This document shows, in pieces, positions 50,562 through 59,259 of a DNA stretch of 64,000 nucleotides. This stretch comes from Longimicrobiales bacterium. GTDB lineage: Bacteria > Gemmatimonadota > Gemmatimonadetes > Longimicrobiales > Gaopeijiaceae. The DNA is taken from NCBI GenBank assembly GCA_041690395.1, contig JAWLHJ010000004.1:369365-433364 (forward strand). Reading direction: 5' to 3'. The translations under genes and the position numbers were made by a program. Numbering within the stretch: the first letter of the stretch is position 1; the number at the start of each line of letters is the position of its first letter. The notes beneath the pieces were generated by a model. The model worked only from the letters and a program-made list of their open reading frames with translations, was not told the DNA's origin and made no database searches.

Positions 50562-52443
50562 CCAGGCCGCGCTTGCCACTTCGGGGGCAGGGAGAGGTAG
50601 CGGTGATCGGAAGCTCCGGGATTCACTGGGGCTGGAGCTCGGATTCACCCAAGACTCCCGAACCGGGATCTGGTGGGGGCCCTGTCACGAATGCGGCGAT
50701 CGGCGGGCCTCGGTTAGCACCACCTCGTGGTCGTGTCCACAGTGCGGACCGCGAACGCTCGAGGCAACGGCGGTATTGGCATCATTGGACGAACTGGAGA
50801 GCTGGCCGGAGCGCCCGGACGTCCCCGGTTTCGCCATTCCCGAGCCGTTACCCCTCGATGCACTCCCAACCGTAGCTCGCTCGGCAGTCGCGTCTGTCGC
50901 GGAATCCCTCCAGGTACCGAGCGACCTTCCTGCACTTTTTGCGATCTTATGCGGGGCCGCCGCGATCGGGGACCGTGTAAGCGTGCGTATCCGGTCCACA
51001 CAAGTGGAGCCCTTAGCCCTGTATGGAGTTGGAATCGCCGCACCGGGCGAGCGAAAGAGTCCGGTGTTCGCACGCATGTGCCGGCAACTGTACGACTGGC
51101 AGAAGAGAGCCACGCTGAGGGAGCAGCCACTCCAGCGCGCTGCGCGCGACCGAGTCGATGCCCTCAACACGAGACTGGCTTCACTCAAGAAAGCAGCGGC
51201 AAAGGATCCCGCTGCACTCGACGAGATGGAAGACGCGAGGCGTGAGCTCGACGCCGCGGAGCGGGCTGTTCCTGCCTCCTCTTGGTTGATCGTGGACGAC
51301 GTGACGCCCGAAAAGCTGGCGATGGAGATCGCCGATCAGGGCGGGCGCGCAGCAATCTTCGCTGCTGAGGGGGACGTCCTCCGGATCTTCGCGGGTCGGT
51401 ATGGCAAGGGCGATCCACGTGCGGACCTGTTGAAGAAAGCCATCAATGGTGAGCCCACGCGCGTGTCGCGCGTCGGCAGGGAGACGATCTGGCTTCCGAG
51501 GCCGATCCTAACGGTCGGGCTGATGATCCAACCCTCGGTCCTGGGGTCTCTGGACAATCGAGACAGTCTCGAAGGGGAGGGAGTATTTGCACGGTTCCTC
51601 TTCGTGCAGCCTGAGAGCAACTTGGGATGGCGCCTGACGGGCCGAGAGATCCCGCCTCCGGACCTCGAGGCGGAGAGGAGGTTTGGCCACGCCCTGGAAC
51701 GCCTTCTCGACGTGGCTTCCAGCGAGGTTCTCGAGTCCGGGGAGCGCGTACCCCATATCATCGAACTGTCCGACGATGCGGAGAAGATTCTGTTCGCATG
51801 GGAAAGGGAGATCGAGGGCATGCTCGCCCCCGGCGGCCGGCTTCGATCCATCTCCGGATGGAGTTCAAAGCTGGTCGGGTACACGTGCCGGATCGCGGCC
51901 ATCTTGCAGCTACTGGACCGGGCATCCCGTGGCGAAGCGCTCCCAGGTGGTCATGTCGGGCCGAGTTACGCCGAAGGGGCGGTTCGCATCGCTCGTGCCC
52001 TCACATCTCACGCCATCAGGGTTCTTGGAGAGCTCGCGACATCTCCAGACTCCGCCGATCTGGCATACGTCTGGAGAAAATGCCAAGAATTGAGCCTCCG
52101 CGCTGCACGGAAGCCGCACGACACCCAGAACGACGAAGGTCTAACCCTCACCACACTTCGTCGAGCGATGGGGCGCAAGAGTATCAAGCGCGCAGAAGAC
52201 CTAGCACGCCTTGTTCGCGAACTCGAGCAGCGGAGTTGCTTGAGACTGCTTCCGCAAGGGCCGACTGGCGGCCGGCCAAAGGCAGACCGAATCGTGCTTC
52301 ATCCGATGTTTCGGTGCGGAACCGCAGAAAATGCAGAAAGTCCCTCCGCAGACACTCGCAACACCCTTTCTGCAGTTTCTGCAGTTGTTTCGGAAGGTTG
52401 GCAGAACAAATCTGACCCACTCGATGTCCTGGATGGAGCATAG
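50554..52443 (+). CDS. YfjI/DUF3987 replication-associated P-loop protein with N-terminal Zn finger
   Basis: CHEC..CPQC, PLDALP, APGERKSP, DDVTPEKL, VSRVGR, GVFARFLF. Confidence 0.85.
   Translation: MGDQAALATSGAGRGSGDRKLRDSLGLELGFTQDSRTGIWWGPCHECGDRRASVSTTSWSCPQCGPRTLEATAVLASLDELESWPERPDVPGFAIPEPLPLDALPTVARSAVASVAESLQVPSDLPALFAILCGAAAIGDRVSVRIRSTQVEPLALYGVGIAAPGERKSPVFARMCRQLYDWQKRATLREQPLQRAARDRVDALNTRLASLKKAAAKDPAALDEMEDARRELDAAERAVPASSWLIVDDVTPEKLAMEIADQGGRAAIFAAEGDVLRIFAGRYGKGDPRADLLKKAINGEPTRVSRVGRETIWLPRPILTVGLMIQPSVLGSLDNRDSLEGEGVFARFLFVQPESNLGWRLTGREIPPPDLEAERRFGHALERLLDVASSEVLESGERVPHIIELSDDAEKILFAWEREIEGMLAPGGRLRSISGWSSKLVGYTCRIAAILQLLDRASRGEALPGGHVGPSYAEGAVRIARALTSHAIRVLGELATSPDSADLAYVWRKCQELSLRAARKPHDTQNDEGLTLTTLRRAMGRKSIKRAEDLARLVRELEQRSCLRLLPQGPTGGRPKADRIVLHPMFRCGTAENAESPSADTRNTLSAVSAVVSEGWQNKSDPLDVLDGA
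52324..52382. repeat. Inverted 9-bp-period repeats (candidate replication origin)
   Basis: GCAGAAAATGCAGAAAG (52324-52340) and CTTTCTGCAGTTTCTGC (52366-52382) are complementary at 16/17 positions. Confidence 0.65.
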
Positions 52444-52444
52444 G

Positions 52445-52726
52445 ATGGGTGCTCGGGACCGACGCCACCGTGGCTCTTTGCTGTGTATTCGCCTCGCTGA
52501 GGATATTTCGCGCGTTGTTCCCGACGGGATCGGCACCTGGGATCATGCTTGGGAGATTGTCGCCGCGGCCGACACGGCCTTCATGCTGGCTCTCCTCGAG
52601 TGGGAGGCGACAGGTCAGGCAGCACTGAAACGACCGCTCCGGGACGCCTATTTCGCAGTGATCGACGCCTGGCGAGAAGCGGCGGGGGCGTACCTAAGCC
52701 GGACTTCCATGTGGGCCAATGACTGA
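52445..52726 (+). CDS. Small hypothetical protein
   Basis: ATG directly after the DUF3987 stop; overlaps the next gene. Confidence 0.5.
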   Translation: MGARDRRHRGSLLCIRLAEDISRVVPDGIGTWDHAWEIVAAADTAFMLALLEWEATGQAALKRPLRDAYFAVIDAWREAAGAYLSRTSMWAND

Positions 52727-53252
52727 CGCCAACAATCGCGACGCCCGAGTAGCCACCAGAGGCTTCGATACATCTAAAGACCCTTATCTGGGCGACGATC
52801 CTATGGATAGCCAACTTCGCCTCGGAACGTTCGCCGACCGAGTGACCTGGTTCCTCGAGTCTCAGGGACGCTGGAGCGGACCACAGCTCGCCGAGCAGTG
52901 TCCGCGCTTGGACATGGCCATCGTGCGTACACTGGGCCCGGGCGTATCGACGCTGTTCTGGTCCGACGGGAGCAAGTCGCGTGTCGTACCCATGCATACC
53001 GGCCTGGACGTCGTGCACAACCCGGCCAACGCCGACTTCTGGATCCCCCGCGCGGTGAGTTTCTCCTTCACCTCCTGCAACTTCGGCGGAGAACGCACGT
53101 GGTTCCTATGTCCGAGGTGTGACCGTCGGAGAGCAGTGCTGTACGCGTATCCAGGATTCCTGTGCCGAACCTGCAACGGACTCACGTACTCATCTACCCA
53201 CCGGCGGCCGCCTTGGAGGCCGGAGCCGGTGTGTCTCGTGCAAACGATTTAG
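52719..53252 (+). CDS. Zn-ribbon hypothetical protein typical of integrative elements
   Basis: NFGGERTWFLCPRC..RAVLY..FLCRTCNGLTYSS. Confidence 0.7.
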   Translation: MTDANNRDARVATRGFDTSKDPYLGDDPMDSQLRLGTFADRVTWFLESQGRWSGPQLAEQCPRLDMAIVRTLGPGVSTLFWSDGSKSRVVPMHTGLDVVHNPANADFWIPRAVSFSFTSCNFGGERTWFLCPRCDRRRAVLYAYPGFLCRTCNGLTYSSTHRRPPWRPEPVCLVQTI

Positions 53253-53366
53253 GGAATAGTCCGGGACATCCAGTGGAGCCGGTCGCCTCCTGAGAACGCG
53301 CCAGCGAGTGCCTCGGCCCACTACCTGATGCCCCTGTCGCATACACTTTGCTGGACCGCTGGTGGC

Positions 53367-54173
53367 CTACTCTTCGCCATCCGACCGATCGCACCGGGGC
53401 AGCTTATCCTGCAGGACGATATTGACCGAAGCCACGGCGATTACCGCCGCAGCGATGGCTATTCCCGCGACTTCCTCAGGATCGCCATCGATGAAGAGGG
53501 TGAACCCGGTGTCATCGAACTCGAGAGACTTCGTCTCAATCCTGGGAGCGGGATGCGCCTGAAGAGACAGGAGGTTGTAAAGAGACTTGTGGATCAGCAG
53601 GCTCTGCTCGTCCCCACCGGTAGCCTCGGCAAACTCCTCCGGTAATCTCGTCCGGGACTTGCCGCTCCAGTGAAACTGTCGCCCCTTCTTCTTCGTGCGA
53701 TCGTGCAAGACGGCCTCGAGTGCCTCACTCATTACCTGCGTCTTCTCAGGCACGAATCGGCTCCAGACCTCTGAGTCTTCATCCGCTAAGACAGCGGCGG
53801 ATTTCTGCTCAACGTCCTCTTGATCGACCGCCGCTTGGTTGGCCAACTGCGCCCCGTACTCCCAGTCCAACAGTTCTCCAGCCCGCGCCCGTGCCCCAAA
53901 ATGGTCGTAGTCTGCGTTGCGGGTGCCCAAGAACATCACCTCCTGAGCCGCCTCAAATGCCGACCGTGCCGCTGCGTGCGCGGTACGGGGGACCTGAGAG
54001 TCCCAGAGCAGCCTTACGGCCTTGGCGTGCTGGAACACGTCGCGAGCGAGACCAAGGAGGGCGAGGTCGGGAATCAAGTGGGCTCCGCGCACGCCAGTCG
54101 TGAGGATCGTGTCATGAAGCGACCCTAAGGCCTCGTCCAGGTCCTCGACTGAGCCCTTCACACACACCTCCAT
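53367..54173 (-). CDS. DUF5677-like protein
   Basis: AHAAARSAFEA and SLYNLLSLQAHP motifs; helical. Confidence 0.65.
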   Translation of the reverse strand: MEVCVKGSVEDLDEALGSLHDTILTTGVRGAHLIPDLALLGLARDVFQHAKAVRLLWDSQVPRTAHAAARSAFEAAQEVMFLGTRNADYDHFGARARAGELLDWEYGAQLANQAAVDQEDVEQKSAAVLADEDSEVWSRFVPEKTQVMSEALEAVLHDRTKKKGRQFHWSGKSRTRLPEEFAEATGGDEQSLLIHKSLYNLLSLQAHPAPRIETKSLEFDDTGFTLFIDGDPEEVAGIAIAAAVIAVASVNIVLQDKLPRCDRSDGEE

Positions 54174-54194
54174 GCCTCACAGGAAATCGATGGC

Positions 54195-54284
54195 GACTTC
54201 GAGTTGCTGCTGCAGCGTGCCCGGTGACAGCCAAAGCATAGCGATCCGGTAGAGCGCGACGGCACCAGTCCCTTGTTTGGACGG
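54195..54284 (-). repeat. Degenerate attC-like site (copy 3)
   Basis: Begins just after the HD-nuclease stop: CCGTCCAAAC-aaggg-ACTGGTGCCGTCGCG...CGGATCGCTATGCT...GCAGCAGCAAC. Homologous to copies 1 and 2; the GTTRRRY end is decayed. Confidence 0.55.
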
Positions 54285-54285
54285 G

Positions 54286-56127
54286 TCACGTTCCCTGCCG
54301 CGGCAGCGTAACGGTCGCATAGGCGCCCTTCGTACCCAGGTGCGAGACCTCGAAGTCTTGGTCAGGGATAGTCAGTCGTCGGAACTGACTCCTGATCTGG
54401 GCCTCGGCTTCAGTGTTTCCGCTCTGGGTGTTCTTTGCCTCCACGATCATCAGCACCGGTTGCGATACATCACGAGAGAGTAGGATCGCCAGCCCATCAA
54501 ACTCGGCGACGATCTGCCCGCTCTGTATGACCTCGGTAGATCCCGCAAAGGCGACGATCGCCCCGCGGTAGTCGATCGCCCGCAACGCGGCCTCCAATTG
54601 CACGACCTCATTCAACTGGTCGGCTCCCAAAAGCCCGGACCCCTTCGCCCAGTCCCGATACGTCCCAATCACCTCGGCAGCGCGGGTAGACCCATAGACT
54701 CTGACTACCGGTGACGTCTCAACCGCAGGCAGAGTACGGAGTCGGAAGCGCCTTTGCTCACCAAGGACCTGTGGGAGCAGGAACCTCAACAACGCAAGGC
54801 CGTTTCGCGTCGCACTCGCTGCGGACAGCTGAACGTCGAGCTCTGCAATTCGCGTCTCGAAGTCGAGCAGCTGCTTCCCCACCCTCAGTGCGGCCTTCTG
54901 GCGAACCGAGGTTGACGACGTGCGGGCTAATGCAGCTGTGACCTTCAGGTGTCGATGTCGAGGATCAAAGTCGGCTGCGAATCGACACGACCGGAGGCCG
55001 ACCGCTTGTCGGGCACCGCGCTCCCAGCCCAGGGGGTCCGGCAGAAGCGACGTAGCGAGCGCCGGGTCGAGATCATATGCCAGTTGGACAATCGGGCCGG
55101 TCGGTGTCCCATGCTCGTCCGGAGGACTCGGTGCGGTAAAATGGGTCGAAGCGTCGCGATCAGGGCCCATCAAGTCCCAGAGAGCCCCGATTGTAGCCGG
55201 CTCGGGATCAAGCGCCTCAAGTCGATCGAGGATCTCGTCACCAACCCGAGCATGATTGATGAGTTGGGGCGCCGCCATGTAAACCGTATCTCGCATGACA
55301 CCCTCTAGACGCTCAAGAGCCTCTTGGAACGCAGAGCCCTCAACGAATACATCGGTCAGATAGTGCTCCAAGGAGAAAAAGATCGATGCGAGATCCAGCG
55401 AAAAGGGTACAGGAGCGTAGTGCGAGTCCAGAGCCAAGTAGGTGAGTCGCCTCAGGCTCCGATACAGATTCCATAGCGCGACCAAGCTCTGATCCGTTTC
55501 GCCAGACTGCAGAGTGGTGAACGACCGCAGTATCGCCTGGCAGAAGTCCGCTATCGACGCGCCACCCTGCCTACGCCTGTACCGATCCAGAAGAAACGAG
55601 GCGATCAGGTAGTTGAATTGATAGAGGTTGTTGGTTCTCAACGCGCGATCGAAACGCTCACGATCCGCTTCGGGCAGCCCGGACCGGAATGCGGCCGCCG
55701 AGCGCCGATGGTCGCGGAGATACTTCATGAGAGCGCGCTCGCCGGAGAACGTGCTCGGCAGGTGTCCGATGTTCCCCAGCATCGCAAAGACCATAAGGAT
55801 CTCGCCGTTCGTCGGGTCCTGACCAAGGCCGTCGATTGTACCGAAGGTGTTCCGCCGGCGTCCCAGACTCAGTCCTGCAGGAAGCTGGCCCCGTAGATGG
55901 CACAACTCGGTGATGATGGCCAGCTGCGCCATCAGGTACTCATACCGAGTGTGGTGCGCTCCGGGGAGCACCTGCCGAATGGGTCCGAGTTGATCGATCC
56001 CCTTTAGAGCGCGGACGTGCTCGTATTGCTCCAAGAAGTCGAACACAGTCTTCGCGTACGGGAACAGTCGCACCCGGACGAGGCCGAAGCCCGGCAGGTT
56101 ATAGCGCCAGTATTCCACCGTTGCCAA
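54286..56127 (-). CDS. Catalytically degenerate dNTPase-like HD domain fused to a C-terminal PD-(D/E)xK nuclease
   Basis: LKGIDQLG..PGAHHTRYEY, MLGNIGHLPSTF, RRLTYLALDSHY, C-term AEFDGL...IVEAKN. Start inferred at TTG 56127, just after the attC GTTAGAC. Confidence 0.78.
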   Translation of the reverse strand: MATVEYWRYNLPGFGLVRVRLFPYAKTVFDFLEQYEHVRALKGIDQLGPIRQVLPGAHHTRYEYLMAQLAIITELCHLRGQLPAGLSLGRRRNTFGTIDGLGQDPTNGEILMVFAMLGNIGHLPSTFSGERALMKYLRDHRRSAAAFRSGLPEADRERFDRALRTNNLYQFNYLIASFLLDRYRRRQGGASIADFCQAILRSFTTLQSGETDQSLVALWNLYRSLRRLTYLALDSHYAPVPFSLDLASIFFSLEHYLTDVFVEGSAFQEALERLEGVMRDTVYMAAPQLINHARVGDEILDRLEALDPEPATIGALWDLMGPDRDASTHFTAPSPPDEHGTPTGPIVQLAYDLDPALATSLLPDPLGWERGARQAVGLRSCRFAADFDPRHRHLKVTAALARTSSTSVRQKAALRVGKQLLDFETRIAELDVQLSAASATRNGLALLRFLLPQVLGEQRRFRLRTLPAVETSPVVRVYGSTRAAEVIGTYRDWAKGSGLLGADQLNEVVQLEAALRAIDYRGAIVAFAGSTEVIQSGQIVAEFDGLAILLSRDVSQPVLMIVEAKNTQSGNTEAEAQIRSQFRRLTIPDQDFEVSHLGTKGAYATVTLPRQGT

Positions 56128-56154
56128 CCACCACGACTTGAAGGAGCGTGAGCC

Positions 56155-56246
56155 GTCTAACGTCAGGGGATTCTGCTGCGCCGCCTGTCCGGACACCAGC
56201 GTAGCGTAGCTATCCGTTCTTCCGTGATAGCAGCAATCCATTAGAA
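56155..56246 (-). repeat. attC-like site (copy 1)
   Basis: Minus strand TTCTAAT-GG-ATTGCTGC...GCAGAAT-cccctgac-GTTAGAC. The inner boxes pair with one extra base and the GTTRRRY is perfect. Confidence 0.75.
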
Positions 56247-56360
56247 CGCAACGATGGCACATCGGACCGAAGGGGCTGGCGGGTGCCACCGAACACTAGC
56301 CGACCATGGCAGGGACCGGACCGCTCGGGCCAAAAGTCACAAGAGATCTCGCTGCAGAAC

Positions 56361-57173
56361 TCAGTAGTCCATCTTCAGGTACCGCGTTCCTGTGAACCGA
56401 TCGATGTACGGACCGCTCCTCACGGAGTTCATCAGGTCCCAGTAGCACACCTTCGCATACTCGTTCTCGAGTTCGGGTGGGTACGTGAAGCTGTATCGAG
56501 GATCGTTCACTGACGGGGGCGGCACGTAGGCGCGGTAGAACTCGGGGGCCAGATACTCATGAATGGCCCACCGCACCTCCGTCAACATTTCGGCAAGCGA
56601 GGTGCTGTGGTAGGAGAGAATATCGACGTGAAACCGTTCGTAGAAGTCATCGAGCGCGCGTAGTGAGTCGATGAGCGAGGCGGAGACACCACTTGCCTCA
56701 AGTAGCTTTCGCAACCTCTTGGCGTTCCGTGTTAACCGAGCTGGATTGTGCTTGGAGAGATTGCCACAAATCGCCACGAAGTCGCGGCGACGCAGCGATA
56801 GCGGAACCTCCTCATCGAGGCTTGGAAACCAAGCCTTGACCGTGATCTCGGTGTCGAGCCAAGCAGTGAGATTGGCGACACTGGCGGCGAGCACCTCGCG
56901 AGCTTCGTCTCCGGGTAGCTGCGGATCCGAGGACACGGTTCCCAGTGCATCGAGCAGAGATCCGCGAATACCGACGAGGTCCCGGTCCACCTGCTCAAGC
57001 ATGTCCGCCAACAGCACGCAAAAAAGTGAGCGACGAGTCGGTGATTTGAACGTCGCCTGCGTGATCTCGGGCTCGCCCCCGAAATTGAGCATCTCGTGAT
57101 TCACCATCGAGTTGATCACCTCAATGGTCAATCGCAGCACCACAGCCTCGCGTTCGATCTTTGTGGTGCTCAA
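56361..57173 (-). CDS. Hypothetical protein (cassette gene 2 of 2)
   Basis: 270-aa ORF with atypical codon usage and motif RRDFVAICGNLSKH. Confidence 0.75.
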   Translation of the reverse strand: MSTTKIEREAVVLRLTIEVINSMVNHEMLNFGGEPEITQATFKSPTRRSLFCVLLADMLEQVDRDLVGIRGSLLDALGTVSSDPQLPGDEAREVLAASVANLTAWLDTEITVKAWFPSLDEEVPLSLRRRDFVAICGNLSKHNPARLTRNAKRLRKLLEASGVSASLIDSLRALDDFYERFHVDILSYHSTSLAEMLTEVRWAIHEYLAPEFYRAYVPPPSVNDPRYSFTYPPELENEYAKVCYWDLMNSVRSGPYIDRFTGTRYLKMDY

Positions 57174-57256
57174 TCTGCGGCCTCTGATTCGTATGGAGTT
57201 CTTGCCGTAGCGTGTATCAGGTAACCACGAGCCCGACGCTTTTAACAGGCTCGCTC

Positions 57257-58000
57257 CTATTCGGCCAGTGACTCCATCTCGTCGGCCAGCCTGTTCAAGA
57301 ACGCATCGACTTGGTCGAAGTAGTCGCCAAGGTCCAGAGGAGACACGAACAGGTCCTCGCCGGACAGCGGCGCGTGCACCGCGGTCTTGATCTTCCCGAG
57401 CGGGGACGACGGGTCATTCTTCAGCGCGTCCGGTAAGAAGAGATCGGGCCGCACTTTCCACAGCGACTCTGTCGCGGCACCGTCCGCATGCTTGGTGGCG
57501 TTCGCTACGTGCCGAAGTTCTTCGATTTTGGACCACTCAGGGAAGTCCTTCAAGTCCAGCCCCTGTGCTCCAAACGCCTTCACAATGTTGCTCCCCCTCA
57601 GCAGCGCATGGTCATTCTCGTGCTCCTTTGGAAGTAGTTCCTTCCGCAACAAGAATAGGAGCTTCTGTTCAAGCAGATGATGCAGGGCAACGGCGAACAG
57701 ATTGAGCACGGCTTGCCGGGCGCTCCGCCGCAGGTCGTAGTAGAGGATGCTCTCGTCTCGTGCTGCCTCGTAGTAATCGGCTGGATCGTCATCCGGGTGG
57801 AAGTGCCTCCCGAGTCGTTCCAGTGCCTCCTCGCCCGCGCGCTCTGCCTCATCGTCGATGTTGTCGAACGATGGAAGGGCACGGTCGAGCACAGTCTCAC
57901 GAAGAACGACCACCTCGGGTATGACGATCCTACGGAGATAGTTGGCCCAAAAGGGACCGTTTGCCTTCAGCCCAAGTCCACGGACCTTCGGAAGCGCCAC
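57257..58000 (-). CDS. Hypothetical protein, possibly HEPN-like (cassette gene 1 of 2)
   Basis: Helical 247-aa protein with LHHLLEQ and WSKIEELRHVANATKH. Confidence 0.7.
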   Translation of the reverse strand: MALPKVRGLGLKANGPFWANYLRRIVIPEVVVLRETVLDRALPSFDNIDDEAERAGEEALERLGRHFHPDDDPADYYEAARDESILYYDLRRSARQAVLNLFAVALHHLLEQKLLFLLRKELLPKEHENDHALLRGSNIVKAFGAQGLDLKDFPEWSKIEELRHVANATKHADGAATESLWKVRPDLFLPDALKNDPSSPLGKIKTAVHAPLSGEDLFVSPLDLGDYFDQVDAFLNRLADEMESLAE

Positions 58001-58138
58001 TTTCTCACCTTACGGTTGAGTTGGGGGTCGAGTCGCTGACCCAAGTAGATCAACGTTTCCGTAGTACAGGACACGATGCCGCATTCCGACGAATCCACGA
58101 CTTACGAGCGGATACCTGTAGAATCTGCCCGCGTTGCG

Positions 58139-58233
58139 CTCTAACGTCTCGGAATTCTGCTGCACGGCCCTCCGGTGCACCAGCGTAGCGTTGCCTACCC
58201 AATCTTCCGCGACTGCAGCAATTCCCTGGAAAC
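58139..58233 (-). repeat. attC-like site (copy 2)
   Basis: About 15 bp after the PIN gene stop: GGAATTGCTGC...GCAGCAGAATTCC-gagac-GTTAGAG. Shares CACCAGCGTAGCGT and TCTTCCG with copy 1. Confidence 0.72.
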
Positions 58234-58248
58234 GATCTGCCCGCACGG

Positions 58249-59259
58249 TCAAATAGGTCCCAGCATGCTGCGCGTCGTTGAGACGAGATCTATGAATCTG
58301 AGTTCGCCATCGGAAAGCTCTAGGGACCGGGTCCGCCACAGGCGGCGAATGATCCTCTCGGTCAGCCTGCCTGGTGCCATCCGAAACTGGCAATATCCAT
58401 TGATCTGCCCCGCGCCCCGAGAGTTGTTGAACGGGTAAATCCGCGCGCCTGGAGGGACCGGACCGACAGCTACGTTGCGACCTCGGGTCTCACCGTTGAT
58501 GAAGATGAAGATCCCGTCGGCATCGACCGCCACGGCGACAAAGTTTGAGGATTGCCACTCAACCGCCTGAGGGAGGGTGAGCATACCAACGGGTACCGAT
58601 TCCTGGAACCACCGGAAGACGAAGGCTGCCTGGGCGGGCTCGTAGAACAGCTCAGCCTTGCCGGTCAGGTCCATCACGTAGGGGATCTCCCCTGAGTCGC
58701 GGATCGCTTCACTCGACCAGTTGGGCCAAAACTGACCGAGAAACGTCCACGCGAAGGGGTTTCCGCCGTCCAGGAGCCGCGGATCGTTGGGGTTCCAGAG
58801 GAAGCTGGAAGGACTCTTCACCTTGATGCCGGGTACCTCCTTACGGAAGAACTCCCAGTCGTGCGTCAGGAGGAAGTTGACCTTCCCCGCTAGTGAGTCA
58901 GCCAGCACCTGTTGGTCCTCGCCGGAGAGTCTCGCGGCCCAGGGCGGGAGACATGACCGGTCGCCATCGGCGACACGCTCGACCGTCGTGTGCTGGGCGA
59001 GCTGTAATAGACCATCCGCGAAGTCGCCCACAAGGTTGGGGGCGTTGGTACGCAGGACCCGTAGCGCCATATCCTCGACGTGCCGGCCGAGCACGACCGT
59101 CCCCTGATCCAGGGAGGCGAGGCACTGGTTGCTATACGAGCCGAGATCCAACAAGCCGGCCAGGAGAACGCTAACGTCAGGAGCGATTCTGGACTGCCGG
59201 ACCGTCGGGTGCACGGCTTCTACGATCTCCCTTGGTACCGAATCGAACCGATCAGCCAC
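58249..59259 (-). CDS. PIN-domain protein with C-terminal LamG/concanavalin-like domain
   Basis: PIN: IAPDVSVLLAGLL ... EDQQVLADSLAGKVNFLLTHDWEFF..GIKVKSPSSFL. LamG-like: NFVAVAVDADGIFIFINGE...QFRMAPGRLTERIIRRL. Confidence 0.68.
   Translation of the reverse strand: MADRFDSVPREIVEAVHPTVRQSRIAPDVSVLLAGLLDLGSYSNQCLASLDQGTVVLGRHVEDMALRVLRTNAPNLVGDFADGLLQLAQHTTVERVADGDRSCLPPWAARLSGEDQQVLADSLAGKVNFLLTHDWEFFRKEVPGIKVKSPSSFLWNPNDPRLLDGGNPFAWTFLGQFWPNWSSEAIRDSGEIPYVMDLTGKAELFYEPAQAAFVFRWFQESVPVGMLTLPQAVEWQSSNFVAVAVDADGIFIFINGETRGRNVAVGPVPPGARIYPFNNSRGAGQINGYCQFRMAPGRLTERIIRRLWRTRSLELSDGELRFIDLVSTTRSMLGPI

Noticed and set aside
53253..53366. attC after the DUF5677-like gene
   Set aside because: No paired inner boxes or GTTRRRY, and no similarity to the other copies.
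56128..56289. N-terminal 54 aa of the 667-aa ORF call
   Set aside because: This stretch runs through attC copy 1 and is not protein-like; HD-family similarity begins after it.
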